A program made the translations under genes and the position numbers. DNA of 64,000 nt from an uncultured delta proteobacterium (GTDB lineage Bacteria; Desulfobacterota; BSN033; UBA1163), in NCBI GenBank assembly GCA_963827685.1, contig CAWHBU010000002.1, positions 544,001 to 608,000 on the forward strand. Direction: 5' to 3'. The notes beneath the pieces were generated by a model, which had not been told where the DNA came from, did not search any database, and was given only the letters and a program-made list of their open reading frames with translations. This document shows, piece after piece, positions 59,053-64,000 of the stretch (the first letter of the stretch is position 1; each line of letters starts with the position of its first letter).

Positions 59053-59589
59053 ATGTTTACGTTAAAATTGGACGAAATTCCGGAAGAGGGTCTGGATCTG
59101 AAGTGGCAAGAGGAAAGGGCTTCCCTGGCAACCTACCTGAAAGACCTTTCAAACATCGACTTCGACTTCGAGACCCCGCTCCAATCAGAGGTCAGGATTA
59201 AGAGGGTAGGTCGATCGATCTTAATCACAGGGAAGGTCCAGACCACTCTTCGATTGCAGTGCGTAAGGTGTTTGAAAGAATTTTCCTATCCTCTCTCCAC
59301 TGCCTTTGAACTTACCCTTCACCCCTTGAAAGAATCTCCCTCTGAGGAAGAGACTGAACTGGGGAGTGAGGAGATGGAGTCGAGTTTCTTCGAAGGAGGA
59401 GAAATTCACCTGTCCGAAATCGCCTGCGAACAGATTTTTTTGGAAATCCCTTACCAGCCCCTTTGTCGGGAGGAATGTAAAGGGCTTTGCTCGGTATGCG
59501 GGAAAGATCAAAACCTCTCTCTCTGCGAATGCGTGAAGGAGGAATGGACCTCAGGCCTTTCTGCTCTTAAGAATTTAAAACTTGATTAA
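59053..59589 (+). CDS. DUF177/YceD family protein
   Basis: CVRCL, LCREECKGLCSVCG; lies before rpmF. Confidence 0.92.
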   Translation: MFTLKLDEIPEEGLDLKWQEERASLATYLKDLSNIDFDFETPLQSEVRIKRVGRSILITGKVQTTLRLQCVRCLKEFSYPLSTAFELTLHPLKESPSEEETELGSEEMESSFFEGGEIHLSEIACEQIFLEIPYQPLCREECKGLCSVCGKDQNLSLCECVKEEWTSGLSALKNLKLD

Positions 59590-59690
59590 TACCGCTATAA
59601 TCTGTTATGTGGAAAAGATATAGCCATTAGGCCAAATTGTTCATTCAACATCTGACCATCATTGCAACGGATGAGAAAGGATCTATTAGA

Positions 59691-59876
59691 ATGGGAGTTC
59701 CGAAAAGGAGAACATCTTCAGCAAGAAGGGATCAACGGCGAGCCCATAAAAAATTAAGCGCTCCTAACTTCTCTTTGTGTCCTCAATGCCATGAGCCTTT
59801 ACTTCCTCACCATATTTGTCCACATTGTGGAACTTACAAAGGGAGAGAGATCATCAAGGTGGAGGAAGAGAAGTAA
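59691..59876 (+). CDS. rpmF: 50S ribosomal protein L32
   Basis: MGVPKRRTS, CPQC...HHICPHCGTYKGR. Confidence 0.97.
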   Translation: MGVPKRRTSSARRDQRRAHKKLSAPNFSLCPQCHEPLLPHHICPHCGTYKGREIIKVEEEK

Positions 59877-60033
59877 ACCCCGTTAGAGAGGAGGGGGATT
59901 ACCCCACCTTATTGGGGAGGAATTGGAGTCTTATTTATATCATCCTCGGCCTCGAGTCGAAGCAGTCTGCTATGAATAGCGGGGCTTTCCAAGGGGGTAA
60001 ATCATTGAGGATGATATTAGGAGAACGTGCAAG

Positions 60034-61089
60034 ATGAAGATCGCGGTCGATGCAATGGGAGGGGATTTTGCCCCTCAACTGATTGTTGAAGGAGCTGTTT
60101 TAGCTGCCAAAAAATATGGCGTCAAGGTGGTTTTAGTGGGGGACGAGGATCAGGTCAGTAAAGAACTATCCCGATACCCTACCTCGAAGCTTCCTATCTA
60201 CATCCATCATGCTCCGTTTGTGGTTGCCATGCATGACTCTCCCTCTACGGTCATCCGGAGAATGAAAGATACCTCTATTAAAGTTGCCCTCGATTTGGCA
60301 AAAGAAGGGCAGGCGAACGGGGTGGTCTCCGCCGGAAATTCGGGAGCAGCCATGGCTTTGGCGATGTATATCTTGAAAAAATTGGAAGGCGTGGAACGAC
60401 CTGCTATTGCTACCATCCATCCTACCACCAAAGGCAGCACGGTCCTCATTGATTCCGGGGGCAATGTGGATTGCAAACCTTTTCATCTCGTCCAGTTTGC
60501 GATGATGGGGGACGCCTATGCAAAGTATATCCTGGGAAAAGAAGAGCCTCGAATTGGTGTTTTGAGCAATGGAGAGGAAGAGGGAAAAGGAAATGAGCTG
60601 ACACGAGAGGTCCATGACATTTTATCAGAGACCGATTTGAACTACATTGGTTATGTAGAGGGTAGGGATCTCAATAGTGGAGAGGTGGATGTGATCGTCT
60701 GTGATGGTTTTGTTGGAAATGTAGCATTAAAAACAAGTGAAGGGCTCTGGGAAACCATCCATGCCATTCTCAAATGGGAGGCACAGGATAATGTCAGGGC
60801 GAAGGCAGCTTATTTCCTGATGAGGCGGGCGATTCGCCGGTTGGAAAAAAGATTAGACTACGATGAATATGGAGGAGCTCCTCTTATAGGGATAAACGGC
60901 AATTGCGTCATCTGCCACGGTTCGTCGAATGCCAAGGCCATTATGAATGCCATTCTGTTAGCCTTGAACGTGGCCAAGAATAAATTGAATGAACATGTCA
61001 TTCAAGAGCTTAAGGAGAAAGAAGATCTGTTTCGTCTGGGACAAAAACGTCCAGAGAAGGTGAATGAGGCGGTAAAATTGATACATTGA
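60034..61089 (+). CDS. plsX: Phosphate acyltransferase
   Basis: IAVDAMGGD, SAGNSGA, NGEEEGKG, CDGFVGN, HGSS. Confidence 0.97.
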   Translation: MKIAVDAMGGDFAPQLIVEGAVLAAKKYGVKVVLVGDEDQVSKELSRYPTSKLPIYIHHAPFVVAMHDSPSTVIRRMKDTSIKVALDLAKEGQANGVVSAGNSGAAMALAMYILKKLEGVERPAIATIHPTTKGSTVLIDSGGNVDCKPFHLVQFAMMGDAYAKYILGKEEPRIGVLSNGEEEGKGNELTREVHDILSETDLNYIGYVEGRDLNSGEVDVIVCDGFVGNVALKTSEGLWETIHAILKWEAQDNVRAKAAYFLMRRAIRRLEKRLDYDEYGGAPLIGINGNCVICHGSSNAKAIMNAILLALNVAKNKLNEHVIQELKEKEDLFRLGQKRPEKVNEAVKLIH

Positions 61090-61193
61090 GATTTCTGAAA
61101 AAGTCCAGAAATCTCTGATTACACCGATTGTAAAACGATTACACGGAAAAGAAATGCATTGATTCGATGAATGAGGGTTAGGAGGTAGAAGGA

Positions 61194-62366
61194 TTGGATT
61201 ATTTTCTCACGCCAGAACAAAAGATGATTCGAGATTTAGCGAAGAAGGTCGCCGAAGAGAAAATGCTACCGGTCCGGGCGGACCTGGATGAGAAGGAGGA
61301 GTTCCCGTGGGAGATTATTAAAGTCAGCGCGGAAGCGGGTCTCATGGGTGTCTCCATGCCAGAAGAGTACGAGGGCTTTGGAGGAGGCGTCTTAGAATAT
61401 TGTTTGGTAGCAGAAGAATTGAGCCGTGTCTGTCTCGGAATCGCCACCAGTGTGGTCGCAAGCGGTTTGGGCGCTATGCCCATCCTGCTTTTTGGAAACC
61501 CTGAACAGAAGAAAAAATATCTCCCTGATATCGCCAAGGGGAAAAAGTTAGCTGCTTTTGGATTGACTGAGGCGGATGCGGGAAGTGATGCAGGTGCCAT
61601 CCGAACGATTGCCACCCGAAAGGGGGAGGGGTATGTTTTAAATGGAACCAAGCAGTGGATCACGAACGGTGGCGAGGCGGAGATCTACTCGATCATAGCC
61701 ATGACCGATCGGTCAAAGGGACCGAGAGGAGCAAGCGCCTTGATTGTTGAAAAGGGAACCCCGGGCTTTACTTTTGGGAAGAAAGAGAAGAAAATGGGAA
61801 TTCGGGCCTCTGCCACACGGGAGCTGGTCTTTCAGGACTGCTTTGTTCCTCAACAAAACCTCATTGGAAAAGAAGGAATGGGGTTTATCGTCACCATGAG
61901 GACGTTTGATCGAACCCGACCTGGGGTAGGCGCCCAGGGCGTTGGATTGGCCCAGGGTGCGCTCGACGAGGCGGTCCGTTATGCCAGAGAACGGGAGCAG
62001 TTTGAAAAGAAGATCATTTCTTTCCAGGCGATTCAGCACATTTTGGCCGACATGGCTACTCTCGTGGAGGCCGCGAGGGCATTGGTCTATTCTGTCGCTC
62101 GCTATATTGATCAATCGGAAAATCCCAAGGAGATTTCAAAGGTCTCCGGAATGGCCAAGGTCTTTGCCAGCGATGTCGCCATGAAAGTGACCACCGATGC
62201 GGTTCAGGTCCTCGGAGGCTATGGGTATATGAGAGATTATCCCGCCGAGAAGATGATGCGGGATGCAAAAATTCTCCAGATCTATGAAGGAACGAATCAG
62301 ATCCAGCGGAATATCATCGGTTTGGAATTGAGCAAGGAATACGCTGGGAAGAAAGGACCCCGATGA
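61194..62366 (+). CDS. Acyl-CoA dehydrogenase (butyryl-CoA dehydrogenase-like)
   Basis: FGLTEADAGSD, NGTKQWITNG, KMGIRAS, GGYGY, IYEGTNQIQR. Confidence 0.95.
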   Translation: MDYFLTPEQKMIRDLAKKVAEEKMLPVRADLDEKEEFPWEIIKVSAEAGLMGVSMPEEYEGFGGGVLEYCLVAEELSRVCLGIATSVVASGLGAMPILLFGNPEQKKKYLPDIAKGKKLAAFGLTEADAGSDAGAIRTIATRKGEGYVLNGTKQWITNGGEAEIYSIIAMTDRSKGPRGASALIVEKGTPGFTFGKKEKKMGIRASATRELVFQDCFVPQQNLIGKEGMGFIVTMRTFDRTRPGVGAQGVGLAQGALDEAVRYAREREQFEKKIISFQAIQHILADMATLVEAARALVYSVARYIDQSENPKEISKVSGMAKVFASDVAMKVTTDAVQVLGGYGYMRDYPAEKMMRDAKILQIYEGTNQIQRNIIGLELSKEYAGKKGPR

Positions 62367-63292
62367 AGTCAATCGCCTTTATCTTCCCGGGGCAGGGATC
62401 CCAGTATGTGGGGATGGGAAAAGAACTTTTCGAGAACTTCGATGTGGCCAAGAAGATCTTTGAGGAGGCGGATGATACCCTTCATTTCTCTATTTCCGCA
62501 CTCTGTTTTAAGGGCCCTGAAGAAGCGTTGAAGCTGACTGAAAATACTCAACCTGCCGTGCTGACGACGAGCATTGCCGCGCTGAAAGTACTCCAGGCGG
62601 AGAAAGGTACGGCTCCTCAGTTTACTGCGGGACATAGCCTCGGAGAATACAGTGCTTTGGTCGCCTCCGGAGCGCTCACCTTTTCTGAAGCAGTGAAGAT
62701 TGTCCGTCTCCGCGGTAAATTCATGCAGGAGGCTATCCCTGTGGGAGAAGGGGCCATGGCGGCTGTCCTCGGTATGGAGCGGGAACAAGTTGAAAAGCTC
62801 TGTGAAGAAATTTCGTCCGGAGAGGTTCTCACCCCTGCCAATTTTAATAGCCCGGGTCAGATTGTCATCGCTGGTCATTCGAAAGCGGTCGAACGGGCGA
62901 TCGAGAGAGTAAAACAGGAAGGGAAGAAAGCAGTCCTCCTTCCGGTCAGTGCTCCATTCCATTCTCCTCTTATGAAACCAGCCGGGGAGCGTTTGGGGAA
63001 AGCGTTGGAGGAGATCTCCGTTGCCGATCTGAAGATTCCGGTCGTGACAAATGTCGAGGCAGAGGTTAACACTGCAAAAGATAGAGTGAAAGGATTATTG
63101 GTGGCTCAGGTATCGAGCCCTGTTCGCTGGGAAGAGTCCATCAGGAAGATGATTGAAAAGGGGATCGAGCAGGTTTTGGAAATAGGGCCCGGGAAAGTAC
63201 TCTCAGGTTTGATGAAACGGATCGATAGCCGGGTGGAGAGTAAGAATTTAGAAGATCTCCGGACCCTAAAAAGCATAGAGCATGGCGCATAG
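62363..63292 (+). CDS. fabD: Malonyl-CoA:ACP transacylase
   Basis: FPGQGSQ, GHSLGEY, VSAPFHS, PVRW, EIGPGKVL. Confidence 0.97.
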   Translation: MKSIAFIFPGQGSQYVGMGKELFENFDVAKKIFEEADDTLHFSISALCFKGPEEALKLTENTQPAVLTTSIAALKVLQAEKGTAPQFTAGHSLGEYSALVASGALTFSEAVKIVRLRGKFMQEAIPVGEGAMAAVLGMEREQVEKLCEEISSGEVLTPANFNSPGQIVIAGHSKAVERAIERVKQEGKKAVLLPVSAPFHSPLMKPAGERLGKALEEISVADLKIPVVTNVEAEVNTAKDRVKGLLVAQVSSPVRWEESIRKMIEKGIEQVLEIGPGKVLSGLMKRIDSRVESKNLEDLRTLKSIEHGA

Positions 63293-63470
63293 AGCATAGC
63301 CATATGAAAGCACCAAATTCCAAGCACCAAATATCAAATAAGCCTCAATGACCCAAATTCGAGCCTTAAAACAAAATCGGTTTAGGTCATTGGACGTTCG
63401 CGATTGGAGCTTATTTGGGATTTGGAATTTGTGATTTGGAATTTTGGACGCTATGCGCTCAGCGCTTTGC
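63271..63470. repeat. Nested inverted heptamer arrays (AGCATAG and AAxxxCC types)
   Basis: AGCATAG/CTATGCG units enclose AAGCACC-AAATTCC / TTTGGGA-TTTGGAA units; AGCATAG type also at 35861-35941. Confidence 0.7.
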
Positions 63471-63496
63471 GATTTTCGGATTCATGGAGGGAAGGA

Positions 63497-64000
63497 TTGA
63501 AATTGACAGGGAGAGTGGCTTTGGTGACCGGGGCGGCTCAGGGGATTGGAAAAGCAGTTGCCCTGCTCCTGGCTCGAAACGGTGCCGATATAGTTGTGTC
63601 GGATATCAATCTGGAGAAGGCTGAAGAGACGGCAAACGAAATTAGATCGATTGGGCAGAAAGCCATGGCCGTTAGGGTGGATGTGGCCAATTGGAATGAT
63701 GTAGAGCGGATGGTGGAGGTCATCTTAGAAAAGTTTGCAAAGATTGATATTTTAGTGAATAATGCCGGAATTACCCGTGATAAATTGATCCTCAGGATGA
63801 CAGAAGAGGATTGGGATGCAGTGCTCAATGTCAATCTGAAGGGGACGTTTCATTGTACCAAAGCGGTCGTCCGACACATGGCGAAACAGAGAAGCGGAAA
63901 GATAGTCAGTATTGCCTCAGTGGTGGGAGAGATGGGGAATGCCGGACAGGCGAACTATTCTGCCTCAAAGGCCGGGGTGATTGGTTTGACGAAAACCATC
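63497..64000 (+). CDS. fabG: 3-oxoacyl-ACP reductase (partial, runs off the window)
   Basis: TTG start after GGAGG; VALVTGAAQGIG, LVNNAGITRD, GQANYSASKAG. Confidence 0.95.
   Translation, partial: MKLTGRVALVTGAAQGIGKAVALLLARNGADIVVSDINLEKAEETANEIRSIGQKAMAVRVDVANWNDVERMVEVILEKFAKIDILVNNAGITRDKLILRMTEEDWDAVLNVNLKGTFHCTKAVVRHMAKQRSGKIVSIASVVGEMGNAGQANYSASKAGVIGLTKTI

Overview
This is a 64-kb bacterial chromosomal segment. Gene content and order suggest an anaerobic deltaproteobacterium (Desulfobacterota-like; inference). The backbone is housekeeping: eno, pgsA, dnaB, rpsF-ssb/priB-rpsR-rplI, queA-tgt-yajC, purM, coaD-rsmD, mtnP, rlmN, ndk, trxB, Rrf2-nfu-nrdJ-ferredoxin, ispE-spoVG-tRNA-Gln-prs-rplY-pth-ychF, argF-pyrC-pyrB, pncB, pyrE and yceD-rpmF-plsX-(acyl-CoA dehydrogenase)-fabD-fabG. 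Five things stand out. (1) A decayed integron at 4.65-6.96 kb: an intI C-terminal remnant, a promoter, an attI-like site and three cassettes with attC sites. (2) A second, integrase-less cassette region at 47.3-55.8 kb on the minus strand; one of its attC sites is split by a 304-bp MITE and a 3.1-kb element encoding two DDE transposases, and an IS630 sits beside it. (3) An IS110/IS1111-type element at 22.8-24.3 kb inserted in a REP palindrome; its 3' non-coding region shows two internal loops whose guides match the target and the donor junction, i.e. a readable bridge/seek RNA. (4) Very dense intergenic palindromes, MITEs and heptamer arrays, with palindromes inserted in frame into ispE and ssb. 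(5) An acyl-CoA dehydrogenase at the usual fabH position. trxB, ispE and prs are frameshifted, most likely through sequencing error. All calls were made by eye from motifs; no database searches were run.
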